IMG/VR virus record: IMGVR_UViG_3300016722_000154
Coordinates: 1 to 25,385 of that record
Source: a virus
Taxonomy: Duplodnaviria > Caudoviricetes
Direction: 5' to 3' (one strand)
DNA length: 25,385 nt
This document shows, piece after piece, positions 7,709 to 16,042 of the stretch. Position 1 is the first letter of the stretch, and each line of letters opens with the position of its first letter. The notes under the pieces were generated by a model. That model searched no databases. It had not been told where the DNA came from and worked only from the letters and a program-made list of their open reading frames with translations. A program made the translations under genes and the position numbers.

Positions 7709-9286
7709 TCAAAATCTGTTTTTTGAATGGTTATACATATCTTCAATGGTGGTTATAATCGGGCCAAACTTATCCTCCCGGGTGGTTCGGTTGCATTCAG
7801 CGAAGCCACCCTCTAAAGCGTCGGGGCCATCTTTAGCCACGCCGCTACCTTTTTCAAAAGCAAGCATCTGATCGCGCAGCTCTATCTGATCATAATTGTT
7901 TTTTTCATCCTCATTGAAGAAACAATTACGTCGTTCCCAGAATGCTGCCATTGCCTCAATACGATCATCCTTATCCGCCTTTGGACGTTTATCGGCAACT
8001 ACGGGAATGTAATAACCTCTTAAATCTCCTTCATTGTCAAAATCGTTCACAAAATCATCCATCGCAAACAACCCCTCAATGTGATATTTAATTGGATATT
8101 TTTCCAGCTTTTTATCTTCATACAGATCGTAAAGCCAGGAGGCGATCGCTGGCCTGGATGCTTGTCGCAAAAAGCCATGGATGACATAAAACTCTCTTCC
8201 TAATTTACCGACCAGCCACAACCCTTTAAAGCAGGCGTTTTCCTTATATGAAAGGTCTCCATAAAATACAAGAGCATCGAACTTGTCGAGCTTGGGTACC
8301 TTTTTCCACTGGAAATACTCATACTTGAATATTTTACCTTCCTCAACATGAATGTGCATGTATTCACGCATGAAGGAGCGATAGGGCATGTCCCGGAATT
8401 TTCTGCGCCAGTAGTCGGCTGATGCCTTTTCCGGCCACTCCGGTTCAAAGGTTTGTAAATCTTTTACGGCACAAACAGTAAGAATTTGAAAAGGTGATTT
8501 TTCGCCGTCTGTTTTCGCCTTTTGGACAGCGGTTTTGAAGTATATCTTCAGGCGGTTGGTGATACTCTTTTTGTGGGTGTTATTATTAGCGAACACAAAG
8601 CGTTCGGTTCCGCCTTCCATATTATCAAAGCAACCCCACACGTCTTCCGTAATGTAATCAACGGAATCAGTCATTAACCGCTCATTCTTAAAATGCTTGC
8701 GGTTGTCCACATCGTCTACAACAATATAATCAGGCCGCTCACTACCCTCACGGGCACCCCTTGGGTTCTGACCAAACCCCAGTGCCTGGAAGCGAACCCC
8801 ATCTTTAGTAACAAAATCACCATTACTCCAATCACCGAACTGAAATTTTTCACCGTAGTCGTTTATTAGCCTCTTATTGTACTGTAACTGAACCTGGATA
8901 CCTGAAAGGAGTTTTTTTGCCTTATCTTCGGTTTCCCCAATAAGGAGCATAAAATGCAGATCGTTCAGCGCAAACATCAGAAACAGGGGAATACCCATAT
9001 CAATATGCACCGACTTCCCAGCTCCACGGAACAACTCAGCCAGCAGCCGGATTACCTTGTTTTTTATGATCAGGTTTGCCAGCTTGCGATGAAACCATGC
9101 TGATTTTACTTTCGCATAGTTAGGAAAGTAGTATTCAAACCAGGTTATGTAATCAGTTTCAAGCGTTTTTTTACGCTCATGTTTCTGCTTTTCCGACTCC
9201 CCGAGTTTTATCTCTGTTGCCCTGGAAACGGCAAGACAGTGTTTGTCAAAGTCGGCTAAAAGCTGCTGATATTTGTTTATAGCCAT
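7709..9286 (-). CDS. terL: terminase large subunit
   Basis: Walker A-like 'FRGAGKS', Walker B 'YIVVDDVD', nuclease acidic motifs 'YGDLSY' and 'DGPDALEG'. Confidence 0.9.
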   Translation of the reverse strand: MAINKYQQLLADFDKHCLAVSRATEIKLGESEKQKHERKKTLETDYITWFEYYFPNYAKVKSAWFHRKLANLIIKNKVIRLLAELFRGAGKSVHIDMGIPLFLMFALNDLHFMLLIGETEDKAKKLLSGIQVQLQYNKRLINDYGEKFQFGDWSNGDFVTKDGVRFQALGFGQNPRGAREGSERPDYIVVDDVDNRKHFKNERLMTDSVDYITEDVWGCFDNMEGGTERFVFANNNTHKKSITNRLKIYFKTAVQKAKTDGEKSPFQILTVCAVKDLQTFEPEWPEKASADYWRRKFRDMPYRSFMREYMHIHVEEGKIFKYEYFQWKKVPKLDKFDALVFYGDLSYKENACFKGLWLVGKLGREFYVIHGFLRQASRPAIASWLYDLYEDKKLEKYPIKYHIEGLFAMDDFVNDFDNEGDLRGYYIPVVADKRPKADKDDRIEAMAAFWERRNCFFNEDEKNNYDQIELRDQMLAFEKGSGVAKDGPDALEGGFAECNRTTREDKFGPIITTIEDMYNHSKNRF

Positions 9287-9287
9287 C

Positions 9288-9758
9288 TTACTGATAGTTA
9301 CTTATAGCGTATTGTAAAAACATCTTTTCAAACTTTGTAAACTCATTTGCCTTAACCGGGTCAATATCTACAAGCCAGTTATTGAATGATATAAACACAG
9401 AGGAAATAACCCGCGGGTTAACCGTGCTGTCCAATTTGTCGATAGCAGCCATCACCTTACTGAGTGCATCGGCTTTTAGCGAAGGATCCTTTCCTTGAGC
9501 GATGCTAAGAGCTTCAGAAAGCAAAACTTCCCGAAGCTTAACAGGAGTTAATTCATTGAAAATTTTTCGTTCATCCCAGTTTTTTTCGCCGGTACGACCT
9601 TTTTTCCATTTAATCAGGCTCTGCTCACTCACATCCCAATCGGCGGCTATCTGTTTGAGGCTATAACCCTTATTTATGTATAAATCTTCAGCTTGTCCGC
9701 GGATACGATCCAGTTCTGCACGCGTCCACTTTTTTTTATCTGCCGCTTTTTTTGCCAT
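9288..9758 (-). CDS. putative terminase small subunit (HTH, DUF1804-like)
   Basis: HTH 'SLKQIAADWDVSEQSLIKWK', directly upstream of terL. Confidence 0.7.
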   Translation of the reverse strand: MAKKAADKKKWTRAELDRIRGQAEDLYINKGYSLKQIAADWDVSEQSLIKWKKGRTGEKNWDERKIFNELTPVKLREVLLSEALSIAQGKDPSLKADALSKVMAAIDKLDSTVNPRVISSVFISFNNWLVDIDPVKANEFTKFEKMFLQYAISNYQ

Positions 9759-9774
9759 TGTCTTTACCTTTTAA

Positions 9775-9911
9775 ATGCAAAGTTGGTTTCTCTGCCGGTT
9801 TTGATAAAATAAAAAAGACATGAACGCAGTGAAACCTGTAAAAAATGCAGTGAAAACCGTCATCATGTCTTTTCGATTTGCAGGATATTTTCCGCCGCGC
9901 CAACTTTGCAT
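9775..9911. promoter_or_regulatory. symmetric divergent late-promoter region
   Basis: Inverted pairs ATGCAAAGTTGG (9775-9786)/CCAACTTTGCAT (9900-9911) and AAAAGACATGA (9813-9823)/TCATGTCTTTT (9863-9873), both centred on 9843; direct repeats GCAGTGAAA at 9826 and 9847. Confidence 0.75.
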
Positions 9912-9958
9912 CTGCAACGAGAAAAACTCAACCTGTTTTTAAAACAAAATGTATGTAA

Positions 9959-11083
9959 ATGTTTAAAGTAGAAAAGTTATCGGATAAGGCAGTATTAACA
10001 GTGTATGGCTATGTGGGAGGTTACTACATGGATATGCGTGCTGTTAATTCTGCCATTTCTGATATTCAGCAATCAGGTTATAAACAACTTGATTTTCACA
10101 TGCACACTTATGGCGGATCGGTTATCGACGGTAATCTGATTTATAATTTCCTTGCCGGGTTTTCCGGGAATGTTGACATTTATATCGATGGAATTGCCGC
10201 TTCGATGGGTAGTATCATTATGCTCGCCGGTAAGAATAAACCTCAAATTGCTGAAAATGGATTTATAATGATTCATTCCCCGTCAGGTTATGCTGAGGGT
10301 ACGGTGGCTGATCTTAATTCTTGCGCTGATTTGCTTTCTATGATGGAGAAAAACTTCAGGCAAAAACTTATATCTGTAACGGGTAAAAGTGAGGATGATA
10401 TTAACGCCCTATTTGATGGAACAGATCACTGGTTTGATGCCGACAAAGCTATCGCCTTTGGCCTTGCCTCTGGTAAGTTCTCTGCTAAAGTACAAGATTT
10501 AGCTGCCATAAACACTACTGAAGCTTCACAGCTTGGCGCAAAGGCGGTTTTTGATCGCTTTAGTGCCCTAACTCAAAATATGTTAAACCAACCCCCAAAA
10601 AATAAAATGGACAAAAAAACAATCATTACAAGGTATAAGCTTACTAATGTAACTGAAGCCAATACCGAGGAGGAAATTTACGCCGCTATCGACGCTAAAC
10701 TTTCTTCAGCTACTACAGCAGCCACAACTGCTGAGCAAAACGCCGCTGACGTGGTTAAAACTGCTATTACCGCCGCCGTAGACCAGGCAATACTTGATAA
10801 GAAAATTACAAAAGAACTCCGGGATTCATATATCGCCCGTGGTGAAAAACTTGGTCTCGCCGATCTGAACGCTGTATTTGCTGACATGCATCCCTATCAG
10901 CCAATTTCGGGTAAAATTGTTGGAACCGCCGGTGGTGAAAAGGTAGCCGAAGACCGTAAAGGCTGGACGTGGAACGACTATCAGGCCAAAGCCGCTGACG
11001 AACTGGAAGCAATGCCTCAAACAAATCCGGATTTATTCATAGCTCTTTACAAAGCTGAATACAAAACCGAACCGGAATTGTAA
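9959..11083 (+). CDS. ClpP-like (S14) head maturation protease with C-terminal scaffold region
   Basis: 'GGSVIDG', catalytic Ser 'GIAASMGS', His 'MIHSP', 'WFDADKA..FGL'; helical C-terminal half. Confidence 0.9.
   Translation: MFKVEKLSDKAVLTVYGYVGGYYMDMRAVNSAISDIQQSGYKQLDFHMHTYGGSVIDGNLIYNFLAGFSGNVDIYIDGIAASMGSIIMLAGKNKPQIAENGFIMIHSPSGYAEGTVADLNSCADLLSMMEKNFRQKLISVTGKSEDDINALFDGTDHWFDADKAIAFGLASGKFSAKVQDLAAINTTEASQLGAKAVFDRFSALTQNMLNQPPKNKMDKKTIITRYKLTNVTEANTEEEIYAAIDAKLSSATTAATTAEQNAADVVKTAITAAVDQAILDKKITKELRDSYIARGEKLGLADLNAVFADMHPYQPISGKIVGTAGGEKVAEDRKGWTWNDYQAKAADELEAMPQTNPDLFIALYKAEYKTEPEL
10607..11083 (+). CDS. putative nested in-frame scaffolding protein
   Basis: In-frame ATG after A-rich AAAAAATAAA at the protease/linker boundary; analogous to Mu I/Z. 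Confidence 0.45.
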   Translation: MDKKTIITRYKLTNVTEANTEEEIYAAIDAKLSSATTAATTAEQNAADVVKTAITAAVDQAILDKKITKELRDSYIARGEKLGLADLNAVFADMHPYQPISGKIVGTAGGEKVAEDRKGWTWNDYQAKAADELEAMPQTNPDLFIALYKAEYKTEPEL

Positions 11084-11117
11084 TTAACAATTTGATAACT
11101 AACATTTTTAAAAAACC

Positions 11118-12179
11118 ATGAAAACAAAATTCATCTTCTCTTTTCTGATCGCCATGCTGATGAGTGTGGCTGCCGGCGTTGGTATAGCCCATGCCGCTTC
11201 CCTGCCGGTGTTGCCGGTTGTTGCAGTTCTTTCCGCCTGTTCTTTTATTCCATTTCCACAATCAGGAATTACTCTTGCGGGTGTCTACCAGGAGGTGTGG
11301 ACTAAGGAAGTTATTAAATCCTTTACCGCATACCTTAAAAATACTTTTCTGGAGGGAATTAAAGATTATTCACGATATGTGAGTAATGTTGGAGATGAGG
11401 CACAGGCAATACATTTAATTTACCTTGGCGTCCGTCCTGATGTTCTGATTAATAATACGACTTATCCTATTCCTATTCAAGATTTGCCGCCAGAAGATGT
11501 GGTAATTGCTCTTGATAAATATCAGACTAAAGCAACTCCTATTACTGATGATGAATTATATGCGCTGACTTATGATAAGATAGCTACAGCGAAGGATTTA
11601 CACGCTGAGGCAATAGCTTCTAATCAGACATTAAAGGCAATACATGCTTTAGCACCAGGATCGAATACTGCTAAGATGCCCGTCATATTAACCACTGGTT
11701 CCGATGATGGAACGGGTAGAAAAATGCTGACATGGGGAGATATTTTGAGTTTAAAAAGGGAAGTTGACAAAACTGATCCATCAGGTGCAGGTCGTAGACT
11801 TGTGCTTTGCACAGATCATTTAAATGATCTATTATTAAGTGCACAGACTTTTAAAGATCAATTTTACAATCGTGCTGATGGAAGTATTTATAACCAGCTT
11901 GGTTTTGAATTCTACGACTACAATGGTAATCCATATTTCAATCCATCCACAAAGACTAAGCTCAGTTTTGGCGCTATTCCATCTGCAACCGATCATAGGG
12001 CATCTATCTATTTCAACATGTCGCGGGCAGCAAAAGCAACTGGTTGGACAAAAATGTATTGGTCTCAAGCTAATACAGACCCGCTATATCAGCGTAATTT
12101 ACTCAACTTCCGCAACAATTTCATTGTGCTTCCTACTTATGAAGAGGGTCGTGGAGCTATTGTATCTGATAACGTATAA
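11118..12179 (+). CDS. major capsid protein with hydrophobic N-terminal leader
   Basis: Follows protease/scaffold; 353 aa; 'GVYQEVW', 'PDVLINNTTYPI', 'LDKYQTKAT.ITDDEL' resemble Bacteroidota Mu-like capsids. Confidence 0.8.
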   Translation: MKTKFIFSFLIAMLMSVAAGVGIAHAASLPVLPVVAVLSACSFIPFPQSGITLAGVYQEVWTKEVIKSFTAYLKNTFLEGIKDYSRYVSNVGDEAQAIHLIYLGVRPDVLINNTTYPIPIQDLPPEDVVIALDKYQTKATPITDDELYALTYDKIATAKDLHAEAIASNQTLKAIHALAPGSNTAKMPVILTTGSDDGTGRKMLTWGDILSLKREVDKTDPSGAGRRLVLCTDHLNDLLLSAQTFKDQFYNRADGSIYNQLGFEFYDYNGNPYFNPSTKTKLSFGAIPSATDHRASIYFNMSRAAKATGWTKMYWSQANTDPLYQRNLLNFRNNFIVLPTYEEGRGAIVSDNV

Positions 12180-12209
12180 GTAATGTTTGTTTAATTTAAC
12201 ACTATAAAA

Positions 12210-12653
12210 ATGAAACGATTAATTCTATTATTGTTTTTTGCCGCAGGTACCTTTTTTCTATCTGCGCAGACCGTGAATGTGAGGTTTAACCCCACAGAAA
12301 CATTCCGAACCTTTAGCGCCGTTACGGCAGCTGATACCGTAAATGGTACCGCAGAACTGGGTAAGGTATTCTTTGTAAACAAAGGATATAAATATACTTA
12401 CATGTGCCAGGCTTCGGCTACACGGGTATCAGCCTCCGGACAGGTGAATTTTATCCTGTATGGTAGTATGGATGGAACGAAATATTATACGGTTACTACA
12501 ATACCCTGGTATATGACAACTGCTGATACTGCGGTAATGTTTAACTCAAATACCACTTATGTAGCCTGGCGATACCTGAAGACTTCAATAAAAGGCGCCA
12601 GTTCCGGCACCCGAGCGAAGTTGGGAAACCTTTATCTGAATGTAAATAAATAA
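12210..12653 (+). CDS. signal-peptide-bearing beta-rich protein
   Basis: 'MKRLILLLFFAAGTFFLSA|Q' Sec-type leader; Thr/Tyr-rich mature part. Confidence 0.75.
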   Translation: MKRLILLLFFAAGTFFLSAQTVNVRFNPTETFRTFSAVTAADTVNGTAELGKVFFVNKGYKYTYMCQASATRVSASGQVNFILYGSMDGTKYYTVTTIPWYMTTADTAVMFNSNTTYVAWRYLKTSIKGASSGTRAKLGNLYLNVNK

Positions 12654-12673
12654 GCAAAGAAAAGTTTAATGTT

Positions 12674-12711
12674 AAAATTCCGGCCTGGGAAACCGGTGCC
12701 GGAATTTTTTT
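12674..12711 (+). terminator. intrinsic terminator after the capsid block
   Basis: AAAATTCCGGC (12674-12684) / GCCGGAATTTT (12698-12708) with inner CTGG-GAAA-CCGG, T-run follows. Confidence 0.8.
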
Positions 12712-12724
12712 AAAAAAACATATT

Positions 12725-13162
12725 ATGGTAAAAGAAAAAAACATTCCTGATCCGGATGTTTCCGAACAGGAAAAAAACACAGAAACCCAGGGAGCCACGG
12801 CCCCAGCAGAAACCCCGACCTCAGAAGCTGACGAAACCCCTAAAACTCCCGATGCTCCATCTAACGAACCCCCAGAGGATTCAGTTGACGAGACTTCGGC
12901 TGATGAAACTCCTAAGGAAACCCCTAAAACTCGAAGGATGCCGGTAAAACCTCTTTCTAAACCTGAAATCAAATCAGTGAAGGAAGAACTTGCAATAATG
13001 GATCGACTCAAAATAGATACCATGTACAAAAACTCCAAAGGAGAATATTTCACCCAGGAGGGACTTGCAGTGTATAGCGAAGGCGGTAAAAAAGACAATG
13101 TGTCCACTATATGTAAAGCTGATTTAGAAACGATTATTAAATCATTGAGCGATGCCGATTAG
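12725..13162 (+). CDS. hypothetical protein with acidic Pro/Thr-rich disordered N-terminus
   Basis: ADETPK repeats; compact C-terminal part 'YKNSKGEYFT'; overlaps the sheath start. Confidence 0.7.
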   Translation: MVKEKNIPDPDVSEQEKNTETQGATAPAETPTSEADETPKTPDAPSNEPPEDSVDETSADETPKETPKTRRMPVKPLSKPEIKSVKEELAIMDRLKIDTMYKNSKGEYFTQEGLAVYSEGGKKDNVSTICKADLETIIKSLSDAD

Positions 13163-14411
13163 AGGATTTGAACTATCAAAAGGCGCTGTAGGTGTAAGCA
13201 CAAGCGATTCTGAAGATAATATCTGCATGTTGCTCGTTAACGCTGATGGGCCTAAAGCCGGCGAAACATTCACGGATGGTAAGGTATATCCACTTACTAA
13301 ACTGAAAGATGCTGAGACGTTAGGTATCACCGAGCTTTATGATAAGAATAATAATGTCCGCCTATGGCGTCATATTTCAGAATTCTACCGCATGGCTGGC
13401 GAAGGCACAAAGCTTTATTTGCTAATCGCTTCAAAAGATAAGACGCCTAAGCAAATGATTGAAACCTATGGTCAGCAAATGATTATTGCTGCCAAAGGTG
13501 CCGCTTACTATATGGGTGTGGCTTACAATCCTCTTGCTGCTTACGCTCCTACCTACGTGGATGGGCTTGAACAGAATATCCGTGAAGCTATCGCCCCTGC
13601 TCAGGCTCTGCATGAATGGAGTTGGAATACCGATCGCCCGATTAATATTTTTCTTGAAGGTCGTGGCTTTAATGCCGCTACCGGCGCAGCCGCTTTAGAT
13701 CTTCGTAACATCATGGATGGAGCCGCCCTCTTAGCTGCTACACACGTGAGTTTGTGCATCGGGCAGGATTGGGATTATGCAGATACCCTCACTGGTGAAT
13801 CTCAGAAATTTGCCGACGTGGGCACTATGTTGGGCACTAAAGCCGCTATTTCTGTTAACAGGAATATTGGTGAAGTGGAGAGTTTAGATATTAGCTCTGC
13901 CACAAAAAGCCGCTGGCTTACTGCCGGGCTATCTAATCATAAAACCATCGAGGAGATGGATTCTGAGCTGTCCGATCTGGATGGTAAGGGTTACGTCTTT
14001 GGAATGAGTTATACCGGCATTACCGGAATACGCTGGAATGGCGATCATGTCTGTGCTCCTATCATTGTGGATGACGATGGCTTTATTTCAGTTAGTTCCA
14101 TCGGACATGGCGCAACCCTCAACAAAGGTGCCCGTATGCTTCGTAAAAAGCTGTTGCCAAAGCTAAAATCTACCGTGCCGGTTGACTCTACTACCGGCTT
14201 CTTGCCAACCGGTATTATTAAATATTTTGAAAATTTAGGTGATCAAGCATTTGATAATATGGGCAATGAAATTAGTGCCGGAAAAACTATTGTTGACCCT
14301 AAATCGACTCTTCTAACCGGAGATAAATCCCTTAACGTTGATTTTATTTTGATTCCTACATTTTCAATCCTGAAAATTAAGGGAACGCTTAACCTTAAAA
14401 CTAAACTGTAA
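13152..14411 (+). CDS. tail sheath protein (DUF2586-like)
   Basis: 419 aa; 'HISEFYRMAGEGTKLY', 'LDGKGYVF..SY.G..G..WNGDH'; precedes the tube gene. Confidence 0.85.
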   Translation: MPIRGFELSKGAVGVSTSDSEDNICMLLVNADGPKAGETFTDGKVYPLTKLKDAETLGITELYDKNNNVRLWRHISEFYRMAGEGTKLYLLIASKDKTPKQMIETYGQQMIIAAKGAAYYMGVAYNPLAAYAPTYVDGLEQNIREAIAPAQALHEWSWNTDRPINIFLEGRGFNAATGAAALDLRNIMDGAALLAATHVSLCIGQDWDYADTLTGESQKFADVGTMLGTKAAISVNRNIGEVESLDISSATKSRWLTAGLSNHKTIEEMDSELSDLDGKGYVFGMSYTGITGIRWNGDHVCAPIIVDDDGFISVSSIGHGATLNKGARMLRKKLLPKLKSTVPVDSTTGFLPTGIIKYFENLGDQAFDNMGNEISAGKTIVDPKSTLLTGDKSLNVDFILIPTFSILKIKGTLNLKTKL

Positions 14412-14830
14412 TGCCAGTAATTAACAGAAACGGAAAAGCGTACGACAGCGGAGACGTTGCCGTAACAATATTTGGAAGAAATGATTACGAAGTAACCGAA
14501 ATTTCTTACAACACCGAACAGGAGCACCAGCCCAATCACAGCCTTGGCAGCAACGATGCAACTTCTTATTCGATGGGGAAAAAAACAAATTCGGCAACGA
14601 TTACTTTTCGCCTTGCTTCGATGTCAGTAATCGAAAAGGCTGCAGCTGGTAATATCCTTAGGATAAAACCATTTCCAATCAATGTTACATTGCTGAATGA
14701 GGATAACGATATCATCAATGATACTATTACGGCAAAATTTCAAAACCAGGGCCGTGACATTGGCGGTGATATGGATTTGAAAAAGCAATGCACATTATTT
14801 GTATTAGGTATTGATTTTAATAACGCTTAA
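14411..14830 (+). CDS. tail tube protein
   Basis: 139 aa, 'INRNGKAYD', 'EISY', directly after sheath with TAATG overlap. Confidence 0.8.
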   Translation: MPVINRNGKAYDSGDVAVTIFGRNDYEVTEISYNTEQEHQPNHSLGSNDATSYSMGKKTNSATITFRLASMSVIEKAAAGNILRIKPFPINVTLLNEDNDIINDTITAKFQNQGRDIGGDMDLKKQCTLFVLGIDFNNA

Positions 14831-14839
14831 TTAAAAGCT

Positions 14840-15184
14840 ATGAAAAAAGAAACAGTAGAATTACCGGCAGGAGTAACTTCGGAAATGGTCGCCGCATGGA
14901 AAGAACGTTATGGTGAAAACAAAGTGAAGCAGGCTCTGCTTCCATTAACGGAAGACTGCAACGATTATTTGTCTGTAATCGTCCGGGCTCCCGGTCGGAA
15001 AGAAGCCTCGGAATTTGAAAAGTGGATCGATAAAAATCCCGACAAAGCAAAGGAAATTCTTGTCAATACCTGTCTTTTAACGAATAAAGATGAAGTGAAG
15101 ACAAACGAATACCTGTTCTTTGGTGCCGCTGATGCTATCATGAACCTCTTACAAGTACCGAAAGCGATCATAAAAAACTTATAG
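14840..15184 (+). CDS. tail assembly chaperone (G-like)
   Basis: After tube; 'AAWKERYG'; ends in slippery A AAA AAC TTA TAG. Confidence 0.8.
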   Translation: MKKETVELPAGVTSEMVAAWKERYGENKVKQALLPLTEDCNDYLSVIVRAPGRKEASEFEKWIDKNPDKAKEILVNTCLLTNKDEVKTNEYLFFGAADAIMNLLQVPKAIIKNL

Positions 15185-15402
15185 AGGGCTATCCCTCTAT
15201 TGACGTAGTCGAGGATGAGGATAGCCTGACGAGACAGGATGCTAATTTTATAAGACGCGGGGATGCGATGATAAGTTATTTTCTGAACATCCCCTTTCCT
15301 GAAAATTTAGACGATGACACCTGGATGGAAAAGTTCCGGCAGGTTGAATGGCTTTCAGAAATGGGAATATTAGGAATTAAAAAGAAAAATGCCTCAAGTT
15401 AA
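14840..15402 (+). CDS. tail assembly chaperone frameshift product (GT-like, ~187 aa)
   Basis: -1 frame open from 15178 to TAA 15400-15402 (LIEGYPSIDVVEDED...PENLDDDTWMEKFRQVEWL...), filling the gap to the next gene. Confidence 0.75.
15172..15200 (+). other. -1 programmed ribosomal frameshift signal
   Basis: A AAA AAC (15172-15178) followed by perfect hairpin ATAGAGGG-CTAT-CCCTCTAT (15181-15200). Confidence 0.8.
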
Positions 15403-16042
15403 CATAAATACGATTTTAGCCCGCTACCAGAGCGGGTTTGGTTATGTGGCCGGCAACGTCGCCTCTGTGGTGGCCAACCGGCTATGGGCTAAATTTGTTA
15501 ACATGCCCTTATATGCTGAGCGTCTTGATGGGGGGACATCTAATGAAAGCATTGATCTTTTTCCCGTAACTGATATTCATTTTGCCGAAGCTGAGTTTAA
15601 AAACTCAAAATCCGGGAATAAATACAACTTCGGAACCGATATTGTTAGCTATGGAATTGGTAAAAAATTTCTTGCTCCACCTTTAATGCTCTCGTTCACC
15701 AGGGATAAAAATGTCTGTCGTACACCTATTGATAAGTCCGAAATAGAGGTGATTGAACATTTTGGATTAAAGCCTTGGTCAATTAAAATACAGGGAATTA
15801 TTGTGGATATAGACAATCACCAATACCCTGGCGATTTATTACATGTAATAAATAATATGTTTTTAGAGTGGGGGACTTTTGCTGTTACCGGATCGATATT
15901 TAACGACCTTGATATCTGTGAGGTTTTTTTTGATTCCGGGTTTGAAGTCAGTTTTGTAGAAGGATATGCCGACACGGTTAAGTTTTCGGTAAATGCTATC
16001 AGCACAACACCTATTGAAATTTCAAAAGTAAATTTAAACTAA
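15389..16042 (+). CDS. tail/baseplate-associated protein (DUF6046-like)
   Basis: 'PPLMLSFTRDKNV..TPI', 'W.IKIQGII', 'YP', 'F..NAIS' pattern; position before the hub gene. Confidence 0.65.
   Translation: MPQVNINTILARYQSGFGYVAGNVASVVANRLWAKFVNMPLYAERLDGGTSNESIDLFPVTDIHFAEAEFKNSKSGNKYNFGTDIVSYGIGKKFLAPPLMLSFTRDKNVCRTPIDKSEIEVIEHFGLKPWSIKIQGIIVDIDNHQYPGDLLHVINNMFLEWGTFAVTGSIFNDLDICEVFFDSGFEVSFVEGYADTVKFSVNAISTTPIEISKVNLN

Noticed and set aside
12541-13107. 188-aa minus-strand ORF
   Set aside because: Shadow of the low-complexity plus-strand gene and crosses a terminator
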